Assembly (NCBI RefSeq): GCF_039654945.1
Contig: NW_027361711.1
Span: forward strand, 1,240,001-1,304,000
Source of the DNA: Dendrobates tinctorius
Lineage: Eukaryota
Direction: 5' to 3'
Length of the DNA stretch: 64,000 bases
Shown here in pieces: positions 51,111-63,531 of this stretch. The notes under the pieces were generated by a model. That model searched no databases. It was not told the origin of the DNA and saw only the letters and a list, made by a program, of their open reading frames with translations. The stretch's first letter is position 1. The number at the start of each line of letters is the position of its first letter. Position numbers and translations under genes: made by a program.

Positions 51111-51292
51111 TAACTGATGAAGGAAACCGTGTTTTTTCCAAAACTAGTCGGAGAGAAATTGGTCCACTGTCCTCCCTGTAATTTATCACATGACCGGTGA
51201 CATCACGAAGGTCCTGTTGGCTCATATCACGCCACAGCTTCACATCGTGCACACTGCACACCGGTGCGCCGCTGGAAGAGGGGAGCGTGGAG

Positions 51293-54200
51293 CAGGGCCG
51301 CCATCAGGGCATGACAGCCCTTACTGCTGTTTGGGGCCCCGTGAACAGCAGTACAGAAGGGGGCCCCGCAGATCAGGGGCCCCGCTCCTGTGCTTCTAGT
51401 CATCGGGCCCCAAGTGCTGTGCGTCATTGGGCACTGGGCGGGCCCCAAGTGTGTGCTGCGGCTGGGCCTGCAGCACACACATCAGCAGAGCCGCCACAGC
51501 GGCCGACATCAGAGGTACAGAAGTGCTGAAGGACCTGTGGTGACGTTATCATTACCACAGGCCTTCACCATTGATCAGCCCGCCCCCTTATCACATGACG
51601 ATGACGTCACCACAGGTCCTTTCAGCTCACACAGCAGCAGCTCCCATCTTCAACGCAGGAGCGTGGCCAGGTAAGAAAAAAGTTTTTATTTTATTTTATT
51701 ATTGAAAGGGGCAAAACAGTTCCCTGACAGGATGGAAACACACAGGGGCAGAATGGAGACTCAAGGGCAGGATTGGAGACACCGGGGCAAATATGGAGTA
51801 ATGGGGGCAGAATGCAAGACATGGGGCAGAATGCAGACATGATGGGGGCAGAATGCAGACATGATGGGGCAGAATGCAAGACATGATGGGGGCAGAATGC
51901 AAGACATGATGGGGGCAGAATGCAGACAAGGGGGAAGATTGCAAGACATGGGGTCAGAATGCAGACATGATGGGGCAGAATGCAATAAATGGGGGCAGAA
52001 TGCAGACATGGGGCAGAATGCAGACATGATGGGGGCAGAATGCAGACATGATGGGGCAGAATGCAAGACATGATGGGGCAGAATGCAAGACATGATGGGG
52101 GCAGAATGCAGACAAGGGGGAAGATTGCAAGACATGGGGTCAGAATGCAGACATGATGGGGCAGAATGCAATAAATGGGGGCAGAATGCAAGACATGATG
52201 GGGCAGAATGCAAGACATGATGGGGGCAGAATGCAGACATGATGAGGGCATAATGCAGACACGGGGCAGATTGCAAGACATGGGGGCAGAATGCAAGACA
52301 TGATGGGGCTGAATGCAAACACGGGGCAGATTGCAAGACATGGGGCACAATACAGACATGGAGACAGAATGGGGGGCAGAATGAAGACATGATGGGGACA
52401 GAATGCAGACATGATGGGGGCAGAATGCAGACACGGGGGCAGATTGCAAGACATGATGGGGCAGAATGCAGACATGATGGGGCAGAATGCAGACACGGGA
52501 GCAGATTGCAAGACACGGGGCAGAATGCAGACATGGGGACAGAATGCAGACATGATGGGGGCAGAATGCAGACATGATGGGGGCAGAATGAAAGACATGA
52601 TGGGGCAGAATGCAAGACATGATGGGGCAGAATGCAAGACATGATTGGGGCAGAATGCAATACATGATGGGGGCAGATTGTAAGACATGGGGCAGAATGC
52701 AGACATGATGGGGGCAGAATGCTGGACATGATGGGGGCAGAATGCAAGACATGGGGGCAGAATGTGCCAGTAAGACAGGATGGGCAGAATGTGACAGTGA
52801 GACACAGGAGGGGGCAGAAAGTGAGACATGGGGCAGAATGCAAGACATGGGGGCAGAATATGACAGTAAGATACAGCAGGGGGCAGAATGTAAGAGTGAG
52901 ACACAGGAGGGGGCAGAATGTGAGACATGGGGGCAGAATGTGACAGTGAGACACGGACAGTGAGACAGGAGGGGGCAGAATGTGACAGTGAGACACAGGA
53001 GGGGGCAGAATGTGACAGTGAGACACAGGAGGGGGCAGAATGCGACAGTGAGACACAGGAGGGGGCAGAATGTGACAGTAGTGACACAGGAGGGGGCAGA
53101 ATATGAGACACGGGGGCAGAATGGACATGGGGCAGAATGTGACAGTAAGACACAGGAGGGGGCAGAATGTGACAGTGAGACACAGGAGGGGGCAGAATGT
53201 GACAGTAAGACACAGGAGGGGGCAGAATGTGACAGTGACACACAGGAGGGGGCAGAATGTGACAGTGACACACAGGAGGGGGCAGAATGTGAGGCACGGG
53301 GGGCAGAATGTGACAGTAAGACACAGGAAGGGGCAGAATGTGAAAGTAAGACACAGGAGGGGCAGAATGTGACAGTGAGATACAAGAGGGAGCAGAATGT
53401 GAAGCACAGGGCAGAATGTGACAGTAAGACACAGGAAGGGGCAGAATGTGAAAGTGAGACACAGGACGGGGCAGAATGTGAGACACGGGGGGCAGGATGG
53501 GAGACATGGTGCAGGATCAAGGGGCAGGAGAGATACGATGTAGACGAGGCAGGATCGGGAGATCATATGAGGCAGAATGGATACTCATGAAGGCAGAATG
53601 AGAGAAAATATGGCTGAAGCCAGGAATGAGACACACGGGGGCCAGGATGAGGGATATTATTACCATAGGGGCTAATTAAGGGATATTATTACTGCAGTGA
53701 TGTATTTATTTTATTTTTTTGAGGATACTGTTTTAAATGGGGGGGTCCTATTACTGTGCAGAGCGACACTATGTCACCTTTTTTTCTTCATCTGGTGTAG
53801 TGTAGAAGTTGGGAAAAAATTAGTAATGTGTTCTGCAAGTGGAGCTCTAGATAACTGTGTTATTTCCTGCAGAGACGAGCCCTGGCTGGAAGACGTGATG
53901 GCGATCTGTGCTGGATGAAAGATGAAAAGCAAAGATGAAGGACTTCACCTAGAGATGTCACTGGTGAGTCAGTGTGTTAAACCTGTGCACTGACACTATA
54001 TACAGAGTGCCTTTGTACAATGTCACCAGTGATCACTGTATTACCTGTACACAGACACTACATACTAAGTACAGATCTCCTGTGTATAATGGCACTTATG
54101 GTGATAGTATTGTTTTTTTTAATTAATGATCAGTATTGTACCGTGTGGTGGAAATATGTGGTCTGGGCATGGTGCCGTGGTATTTGTTCCCTGTATGTGC

Positions 54201-54767
54201 TATTATTCTATCACTGCTGGTAATATGTGGTCTGGTCATGGTGTGGCTGTATTTGTTCCTTGTATGTGGTATTATTGGTCACCATGTGGTGGTAATATGT
54301 GGTCTGGACATGGTGTGGCTGTATTTGTTCCTTGTATGTGGTATTATAGGTCACCATGTGGTGGTAATATGTGGTCTGGACATGGTGCGGTGGTATTTGT
54401 CCCTTTGGATGTGATATTATTGGTCATTTTAAAAATTGAAAAATAAATAAAAAATATACCTAAATTGTATTGGATATTTTAGCAAATGTTTAATAGGTTA
54501 GAGAGGGCCCAGTCAAAAGAGTTTACCTTGTCATGGTGGCAGATTTAAAAAAACTTTTGGCCAAAACAAGAGCTGCTGGCTAGATGTGTGATCTGGTAAT
54601 GGGAACTGTTAATGTGTGATTGATGAGAAGTGCAGCTTTTCCGAGAGATGGGACTGTGGACAATTTGAGGGTGGAAGGCGGGGATGGGGTGGAGCCTGGG
54701 CGGAGTCTCAAGGGGGCCCCGAAAATTTTGCCAGTATGGGGCCCCAAAATTCCTAGTGGCAGCCCTG
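51293..54767 (+). mobile_element. Non-autonomous hAT transposon with a large internal array
   Basis: TIRs CAGGGCCGCCA / TGGCAGCCCTG and exact TSD GCGTGGAG. Right part homologous to 7011-8410. Confidence 0.93.
51745..53500. repeat. GGGGCAGAATG-anchored minisatellite (18-23-bp units, then ~30-bp units)
   Basis: Directly visible, and the source of the long low-complexity ORFs. Confidence 0.95.
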
Positions 54768-55129
54768 GCGTGGAGTGTCTGTCACCGGCCGGGACAGCAC
54801 TCCTGAAGAGCCATGGTATTAACACGTTTATCTGGCAAACATCATTCAATCTGACTTCACATCAAGACACACAGCGCTCTTTACTGGTCCTCTGGAGTCC
54901 AGACATTCACTCAGATTACACCTTAAGGTAATAACTACCTAACTTGGAGCAATCCAATTCAATTGTGTGTATTTTTTAGGTCACTACAAGCTAAAGGGGT
55001 TCAATATTGCATGTTTCTCTAGATATATATTTGATTGGATCCATGGTCTCAATCGATCTTCAGCCTATAAATGGGAATGGGATTATGCCTGCCCATGGGA
55101 TTTGAAGGCGTTTCTCCATGCAAGACAAC

Positions 55130-55406
55130 AAATATGAACCTAGCACTCAACTTAAAGGTATTTGTAAGGCGGTTTATTGTAGTACACAAAAAAAGATGTT
55201 TCGGTCAATGTGACCCGTCTTCAGTTATGAGGAGAATGATCTCTCTAAGGTAATGAGCTTGTCAGTATATAGGAGAGGGGCAAACGTGCCTCAAGATGAG
55301 GTGTCCATGTGGACATGCTAGGTTCATATTTGTTGCTTTAACAGTTTGGGAACCTAACCTTTGCACCATCTTGAGTTGTGCTCACGGTGTTCTTTCTATA
55401 CGTGTC
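55130..55406. mobile_element. 277-bp PLE-type insertion with an inversion and a hammerhead
   Basis: 17-bp TSD TCTCCATGCAAGACAAC and a 20-bp inverted repeat at 55126-55145 / 55316-55335. Confidence 0.7.
55193..55227 (-). ncRNA. Minimal hammerhead ribozyme motif
   Basis: CTGAAGA-CG-GGTCA cat TGACC-GAAACaTC (GAAACGTC before CpG decay), followed by AATAAA. Confidence 0.7.
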
Positions 55407-58299
55407 TCTCCATGCAAGACAACCTAGACTGCCTATCTATATCAAAAACTCATCATTATTCAGAGAGACTATATTCGCATGAAAGGCAGTTAGAAAAAAT
55501 ACAAGTTGTCATTTAGATTTTGTAAATACTTGCCTCTCTGGAATAGTTCAGAATTCATACAGAGAGTGGAAAATAAACTATTCAAGGAATGAAGGTCAAA
55601 GTGGATAAATGCTCTACTGCTGTTACATCCCACAGAACCAAGGTTAATGAATAAAGGTGACTTAATTGAGAAATTCAACCTAAATCCCAACAAAACTATC
55701 CAATATGATCAGATTAGACATTCTTGATGGGAGTCCAACTTGAAACTTTATTTAAACACTGGGAGAACGCACTTAATGACCAAGACATTGGATCTAAAAG
55801 TAATACTCAATGAGATGTGGAGGGAAACCCAATACATGATCATACCCAAGGCAATATATGCCTTTGATCTCCCAAAAACACCCCTTAAAGTGAACCTGCC
55901 AGCAGGATTTTGCTAAGTAAACTACAGGCATTGTCAGATTGGCAGTGTTAAACTGATTAAAATGATACCTGGTGTGAAGAAATTCGTCTTGTTGGATCTT
56001 GTCTAATCAGTGTTAAAAGTTTTCAGTTAATGATATGCCTGTGCTGCGGGGGGCATCATACTGTGTAAAGAAGGCTCTAGTGACCACCATACTGTGTGTG
56101 GGGCAGTGTGAGAAGGGGGTACAATTTGTAGAGTGCAGCATTGTGGGCAGTATGAAGGCATTGTGTGAAATGAGGGTACAGTATGAAGAGGGGTTAGCAT
56201 GCTGTGGGGACAGTGTGGAAATATGTAGTGAGCATACTGTAAGTGAAAACAGTGGAGAGGGCACAGTCATAGTATAGGCCATTGTTCATTAGGGCAGACA
56301 TTGTGGTAGTAATAGCTTATAAGAGCAGACAGTGTGGTAGTTAAAGCTGATAATGGCAGACGATGTAGCAGTTATAGCTCATAAGAGAGGTGTGATGCAG
56401 TGACCGGTATTAGATGTGAGGGTCACTGTGTCCCCTAAGATGCGTACAGAAGAGTACTGAGGCTACGGAAGTGCAATGCAGTCACAGGCAAAGCTGTGAT
56501 TGCAATGCATAATAAAAGTAAGTGTTGGTCTTGGGCAAGCTATTTGTCCAAGGCAGATTTAGAAGACCTGTCATGGGCTTTTATGTTTGAAGCGGACTAT
56601 AGAATGGTAGTGGGGCAGTTCGCTTCCTTCCCGGCCAGGTCTTCCAAGTGGCCTACGGTCACAGATTCCTCGTAAAAACCATGCAGTAGAGGGTTGGGTA
56701 TGTCAGTTTTGGGTTTCCAAGCATGCAGAGCAAAAGGCTCTGCAGAGCTCAACCTGTGCGAGGTAACACAGAGCCAAAAGGCTTGGCAACCCTCAGCATA
56801 GCACAGTGGTGCAGTCGCCCATGGCAACCAGTCTCGGATGTGGACTGTCTTGTTTCCCGGCTGCGATCCGGAGGATACCGTGTGCTGTTTATTTCTGTGA
56901 GTTTGGACATTAAATATATTTTGCTTTGAACTTTACTGCATAAATTGGTCAATTCATGTGTACTCGGCAGCCAGGATCCTACCCCTCCAAGAAGATATAT
57001 AGACTTCAGTCTGAGTGAGGATTCACATTAGGTTCCCATAGAGGTTTAGACTTCAGTTTAAGAGAGGATAGGCATTAGGTCCTGGCAACGAGAATCGCCT
57101 TATCATGGCTGCCAGGTTCACATGAATTGACAAGTTTATGAGTTAAGCATTCTCAATTTTTCACATTTCTAGTGCAATAATGCAATTACATTTTCATATT
57201 TCATGTTTGCATGCTATAGTGCTACAGACTGCTGCTTTTTGCTTGATTGTATATGAGTTGGCTACTCTAGGTAAGCACCTGTTCAGACCTTATTTATGTT
57301 TGGATGTGACGGTCAGTTTTTTTATATTTGTATGTAATAGCCTTCTGACTGAGCACTCCGCCCCTTAGCCTATGGCATTTTTAATTGCAACAGGATCCTA
57401 CCCCTTCATAGACATATACTGTAGACTTCAGTATAAGAGAGGATTCACATTAGGTTCCCATAGAGGTTTAGACTTCAGTCTAAGACTATGTGCACACATT
57501 CCGGATTTGTTGCAAATCCACAGCGTTTTTTCCACGCGGAATTGCTCAAGCAATGTTAATCAATGAGAATCCAGAATTGGTGTGCACATGCTGCGGAAAA
57601 TTCCGCACTGATTCACAGCGTTTTATTTTCCGCAGCATGTCAATTGTTTTTGCAGATCTGCAGCATTTCTGAACCCATTGACTTACATTGAGTCAGTCAA
57701 ATCCGCAGCCAAACCACAGGTATAAAAAGGTCTGTGGATTTGCGTGCCAAAAGCGCTGCAGAAAAGAAGGAGGAAGAGTTTATGGGCGGAGAATAAGTGT
57801 GAGCAGAGAATATGTGGGTGTCTGTCTGCGGATGTCTGTGTGTGTGTAGCCAGGCATCAACTGATGGGACTACTACTCCCGTCTGGCTATGTCTGCTGTC
57901 ACACATAACAGTGACAGCATGAGCCAATGATGGGACACTAGGCCCATCATCTGGCGACTGTGTTCAATTGTAAAACAAAAAAAAAACATTCATACTCACC
58001 AAACACCTAATACACCGACAGGTAAAGTGCTCTACCCGGCCTCCAATGATACACTACGGGAGGGATCACCTCCTGTCAGTGTATCATTGCGCCGCCAGAA
58101 GAGTTCATCGCAGTTCATGCTGTCATTTGCAGCACCGCTGCTTGAGAAAACAACCTTCAGTGGCACAGAAGAGAACCTGATGATGCTGGACCTGAAGTCA
58201 CAGGTAAGCTGACTAATGGACATTATTTTTATGTGACGGGAGGCCAGGTCCTAGAACCCATGTTGTCCTCTGCCATGACTACAGCCCTGGCCCTCCCTC

Positions 58300-58395
58300 A
58301 TATAGGGAATTTAGATTGAGTTCCATTAGGGACAGTGATGATAATGTATGCAAAGCGCTGCAGAATATGATAGCGCTATATAAGTAATGCATATG
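58300..58395 (+). mobile_element. L2-type 3' tail
   Basis: AAAGCGCTGCAGAATATGATAGCGCTATATAAGTAA stem-loop. Confidence 0.5.
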
Positions 58396-60134
58396 TTGTT
58401 TATGTAATTACATTTGTTGGTTAGAAATAAAACTGACCCTAAAAGATGGGGAAACAAAAACTGTGCACAATCTAAGTGTAGTAAAAACTGTTTCTAGATT
58501 GCTCACTATACTAGTTGCACTCACCAGATGTAGGCATAATGAGGCATAGAAGGCGGATCCTACAGAAATCACAAGAAGGCGGACTGCAGCTCGACCAGCT
58601 GGGCTCAGGGAAGGCTTCAGACGACCGTGGTGAAAGCAATCAGTAACCAAAAAAACATCCAGATAATTGTTGGCGCTTCCATCACAAAATTCTCGTGAAT
58701 ACCAAATATAATCATTTATTCAAAAATGCAGAATAAAACGTGTATTGACGTCAAAATCCCGGAGTCTTCTTTAGGTTTTTAAAAATAAAGCACCAATAGA
58801 AAATAAGCAGCCTTTAGATCAGGCAAACTAAAGTAACAATGTCCATAGCAGGGCTCTGCTCTGTCAGGCCTGTGGTCACACAGGCTTGGTTAGTGTCCAG
58901 TATTCAAGCTCGGTCTGGAGCCAAACACACACAGGAGGCCTCTCCCTCCCAACACACAGACCATGTGCCAAACAGCCACCATTATATAGGATGCAACCAC
59001 ACCCAGATGTGAGGTATGTGGGTAGCCAGACCCATCCAGCTCTCATAGCTACCCACAACCCAAACAGAGGTGCACCAAATGACCCTTTCAGGGCTTATGT
59101 GCACTAAAGAAAATACTCCGGGTTACATCACAGAGACAACCCATCTCTGTGACACCTACCTCCCAACGACTATGTGACCATTAGCCACACTACAATGTAC
59201 ACTGCTCAAAAAGATAAAAGGAGCACTTAAACAACAGAATATAAATACAAGTAAATCAAACTTCAGTGAAATCAAACTGTCCACGTTGGAAGCAACACTG
59301 ATTGACAATCAATTTCACATGCTGTTGTGCAAATGGAATAGACAACAGATGGAAATTATTGGCAATTATCAAGACACCCTCAAAAAAGGAGTAGTTCTGC
59401 AGGTGGGGACCGCAGCCCACATGTCAATACCAATGCTTTCTGGCTGATGTTTTGGTCACTTTTGAATGTTGGTTGTGCTTTCACACTCATGGTAGCATGA
59501 GACGGACTCTACAACCCATACAAGTGGCTCAGGTATTGCAGCTCATCCAGGATGGCATATCACTGTGAGCTGTGGCAAGAACGTTTGCTGTGGCTGTCAG
59601 CATAGTGTCCAGAGGCTGGAGGTGTTACCTGGGGACAGGCCAGTACACCAGGAGATGTGGAGGGGGCCGTAGGAGGGCAACAACCCAGCAGCTGGACCGC
59701 TACCTCCGCCTTTGTGCAAAGAGGAACAGGTGGAGCACTGCCAGAGCCCTGCAAAATGACCTCCAGCAGGCCACAAATGTGCATGTGTCTCCTCAAATGG
59801 TTAGAAACAGACTCCATGAGGATGGTCTGAGTGCCTGACATGCACAGATGGGGGTTGTGCTCACAGCCCAACACCATGCAGGATGCTTGGCATTTGCCAC
59901 AGAACACCAGGTTTGGCAAATTCACCACTGGCGCCCTGTGCTCTTCACAGATGAAAGCAGGTTCACACTGAGCACATGTGACAGACGTGACAGCGTCTGG
60001 GGACGCCGTGGAGTGCAATCTGCTGCCTGCAACATCCTTCAGCATGACCGGTTTGGCAGTGGGTCAGTAATGGTGTGGGGTGGCATTTCTTTGGAGGGCT
60101 GCACAGCCCTCCATGTGCTCGCCAGAGGTAGCCT

Positions 60135-61708
60135 TGATTAAAGAAGAGAAAAAAGTACTGCCAGAAAAATGCACACCACAGAAAAATATATATGAAAAAT
60201 ATAAATCACAACAATTTTATTGGCACACAATACAATTAAAACACACTTAAAACCATAGAACTGTGTCCACAGAGAAAAATTGATGCAATAATAACCCACA
60301 TGCATGAGAGTAGACAATAAATGACCCTCAATTAACCCCTCTCCTAGTGGCTCATGAGGCTAAAGCAATACATATAAATATAACCTGTCCAATAGGACCT
60401 GGAAAGCTTGATAGAATAATATTCCCAAAGGGAGAATAATCCCATGGGGAGAGCAAAGAAAAATATATATATTAAGCGTCTCACCAGTCTAATAACCGAT
60501 GAACAATATGAACCCAGAAGAAAAGCTCAAACAATGAAAACACATTAAAAAAAAAAAAGCCCCAATGTCAGCATATTACCAGAAGAGAGTCAGGAACCCA
60601 TTGCTCCCAAGGGTCAGAAATCTAAGTGGACCGCAGACATAACCCCACACGTATCGCCCCCTCAAGTGAGGCTTCGTCAGGGGAAGTGAGACACATTATG
60701 GCCAATCAACCTTAAATACAATGAAAGTAATTATTTAATAACCCACCGGTGTGTGGCACGCCAGCAGCCCAGGGCCAGTATACCACGAGATGTACGGCAC
60801 ATGACTGCTGTACTCACAGTAGGTGTAACAGGAAACCCATGTCATGTGGGGCACAAAGACGTCATTGTGCATAAACGTGCAGTTTATCCTAATTGTTTAT
60901 GCACAATGACGTCTTTGTGCACCACATGACATGGGTTTCCTGCTACACCTACTGTGATTAGAGCAGTCATGTGTGGCACATCTCGTGGTATCCTGGCCCT
61001 GGGCTGCTGGCCTGCCAAACACCGGTGGGTTATTAAATAATTACTTTCATTGTATTTAAGGTCGATTGGCCATAATGTGTCTCACTTCCCCTGACGAAGC
61101 CTCACTTGAGGGGGCTATACGCGTGGGGTTATGTCTGTGGTCCACTTAGATTTCTGACCCTTGGGAGCAATGGGTTCCTGACTCTCTTCTGGTAATATGC
61201 TGACATTGGGGCCTTTTTTTTGGAATGTGTTTTCATTGTTTGAGCTTTCCTTCTGGGTTCATATTGTCCATCGGTTATTAGACTGGTGAGACGGTTCATA
61301 TACTCGTATATATTTTTCTTTGCTCTCCCCTTGGGATTATTCTCCCTTTGGGATTATTATTCTATCGAGCTTTTCAGGTCCTATTGGACAGGTTATATTT
61401 ATATGTATTGCTTTAGCCTCATGAGCCACTAGGAGAGGGGTTAATTGAGGGTCATTTATTGTCTACGCTCATGCATGTGGGTTATTATTGTATCAATTTT
61501 TCTCTGTGGACATAGTTCTATGGTTTTAAGTGTGTTTTAATTGTATTGTGTGCCTATAAAATTGTTGTGATTTATAGTTTTCATATATATTTTTCTGTGT
61601 TGTGCATTTTTCCAGTAGTACTTTTTTCTCTTCATTAATCATAGCTTTGTTTGACTACTTGGTTGCACCCCTATTTCATACATATAACTGTTATATATTT
61701 TTTTTTTC
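60135..61708. mobile_element. Inverted Penelope pLTR-type insertion inside the Tc1
   Basis: Arms 60135-60876 and 60895-61641, 18-bp spacer, 67-bp T-rich extension, 17-bp TSD CTCGCCAGAGGTAGCCT. Confidence 0.88.
61088..61128 (+). ncRNA. Variant minimal hammerhead (mirror copy 60643-60683 on minus)
   Basis: Consensus of the two arms: CCC-CTGACGA-A-GCCTC...GGGGC-GATA-CGCG-TG-GGG. Confidence 0.68.
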
Positions 61709-62685
61709 CTCGCCAGAGGTAGCCTGACTTCCATTTGGTACCGAGATTAGATCCTCCCCTTGTGAGACCATATGCTGGTACGGTTGGCCCTGGGTTCCTC
61801 CTAATGCAGGACAATGCCAGACCTCATGTGGCTGCAGTGTGTCAGCAGTTCCTGCAATATGAAGGCATTGAAGCTATTGACTAGCCCGCCCGTTCCCCAG
61901 ACCTGAATCCGATTGAACCTATCTGGGACATCATGTCTCGCTCTATCCACCAACGTCATGTTGCACCACAGACTGTCCAGGAGTTGGCGGATGCTTTAGT
62001 CCAGGTCTGGAAGGAGATCCCTCAGGAGACAATCCACCGCCTTAGCAGGAGCATGCCCAGGTGTTGTCGGGAGGTCATACAGGCACAGGGAGGTCATACA
62101 GGCACGTGGAGGCCACACACACTACTGAGCATCATTTTGACTTGTTTTAAGGACATTATATTCCACTTTAATTTTGTGTGTAACTCCAAATCCAGGCCTC
62201 CATTGGTTAATAAATTTGATTTCCATTGATGATTTTTTGTGTGATTTTGTTGTCAGCACATTCAACTTTGTACAGAACAAAGTATTCAATGAGAATATTT
62301 CATTCATTCAGATCTAGGATGTGTTATTTGAGTGTTCCCTTTATTTTATGAGCAGTGTATATGCCTGACTTATAAGGCTTTTAATTATATGTTAGTGGTT
62401 TAAAAAAATTCTGTGCGGTACTTAAAAAAAAAAATTGTCTGCCACCACTTTCTGAGACTTGTAGTTTCTATATTTTTTCCATCAATAAAACTGTGTGAAG
62501 GGCCAGGCTTGCTGTTTGCACATCGAATTGTCATATTTATTGACAGCATTTTTTGCTACAGACAATGTTTTGATAGCTTTTTTATTGATATTTTGGGGGA
62601 GCGTGCGGCGATCAAAAAACGGTGATTCTGCCATTTCAATTTTTTCTCATTTCAGAGTTTGCCATCAAAACTCAGTGATTGACAG

Positions 62686-63511
62686 TGTAAGGGGGTGAAA
62701 AGAAGGAGAAACTTAAATGGGGTTACCTCTCCTGTTCTGTGTCCAGAACCACCTGGCCAGGCAGCAGCGTTTCCTGGGGGAAGATTATCAGACCTGGACG
62801 ATCCTACCTTGTGACTGCAGGGGGCGGTGACCTATTAGAAGTGGATGTGCACAGGAAACAGAGCAGAGTCAAGGCGGGAAAGTACAGCGCACAGTAGAGA
62901 GAGCTGTCTGCTGCACCGCATTCCTGGTGGGAGAGAGCCCTCTGGCTGAGGACTGAGACAGACAGTAGGCGGTGATTGCCCTTTGTGTGAATGTGGACCC
63001 GCCAACCTCCGTGACCGGAGGAGACTCCCCTGACAAGTCAGAGACAGTCGCTAGTGTGTGCAGGCCTGGCGTGCTCAGTGACAGACCTGAGCCCCTGAGA
63101 GAAGTAGCTGGACTGACCGAGGAGCGCGGCATCGTTCCTGGGGTGACATGTACTGAGTGTGAACTTGTGACTAAGAGTGGTGAGAGCAGGACCCCTCTCA
63201 CTGCCCAACATCCTGCTGTTTTCCCTGGAGGCCATTTCTTCATGGTGGACAGAAACTTGAGAGTCTGCACGTGCTGCTGTTGACGGTGCTAACGTTGGAG
63301 AAGTAGACCCTTCAATCAAGCCTCCTACAGACTGATAAGTTTAGTCCTGCTTACATTTATCTCTTTAATCACCCTATTACCGTTTACTTGTTGCAATTAA
63401 CCCCTGTTGTTCCCCCTCCCTGCGTGAAGTGATAATCCCTGTAAATAAACCTTTAACTCTTGGTCTGCCTCTGATCCGTGGCAACATCCTCCACACCTGC
63501 AGGTTAATACA
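62686..63511 (+). mobile_element. 5' LTR (826 bp) of a Gypsy element
   Basis: TGTAA...ATACA, AATAAA near 63444, PBS follows. Left boundary is inferred. Confidence 0.72.
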
Positions 63512-63513
63512 AG

Positions 63514-63531
63514 TGGCGTAGTCGGCAGGAT
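63514..63531 (+). promoter_or_regulatory. Primer-binding site for tRNA-Ser(AGA)
   Basis: TGGCGTAGTCGGCAGGAT. Confidence 0.88.

Larger units (their letters stand above)
54930..55880 (+). pseudogene. Old L1 ORF2 C-terminal fragment
   Basis: LPNLEQ, FNIACFSRYIFDWIHG, KYLPLWNSSEF, KFNL...YDQIRH. Confidence 0.5.
59200..62357 (+). mobile_element. Tc1/mariner element (~1.57 kb without the insert), transposase disrupted
   Basis: TA-CACTGCTCA...TGAGCAGTG-TA. Motifs VLFTDESRF, VMVWGGIS, MQDNARPH, SPDLNPIE. Confidence 0.95.

Noticed and set aside
51691-53590. ORFs of 609, 601, 455 and 202 aa
   Set aside because: They are translations of a minisatellite inside a TSD-bounded hAT element, open in several overlapping frames, with no domain.
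60135-61708. Palindromes as assembly or chimeric-read artefacts
   Set aside because: The arms differ by scattered substitutions, and each insertion has a TSD that cleanly splits a host element.
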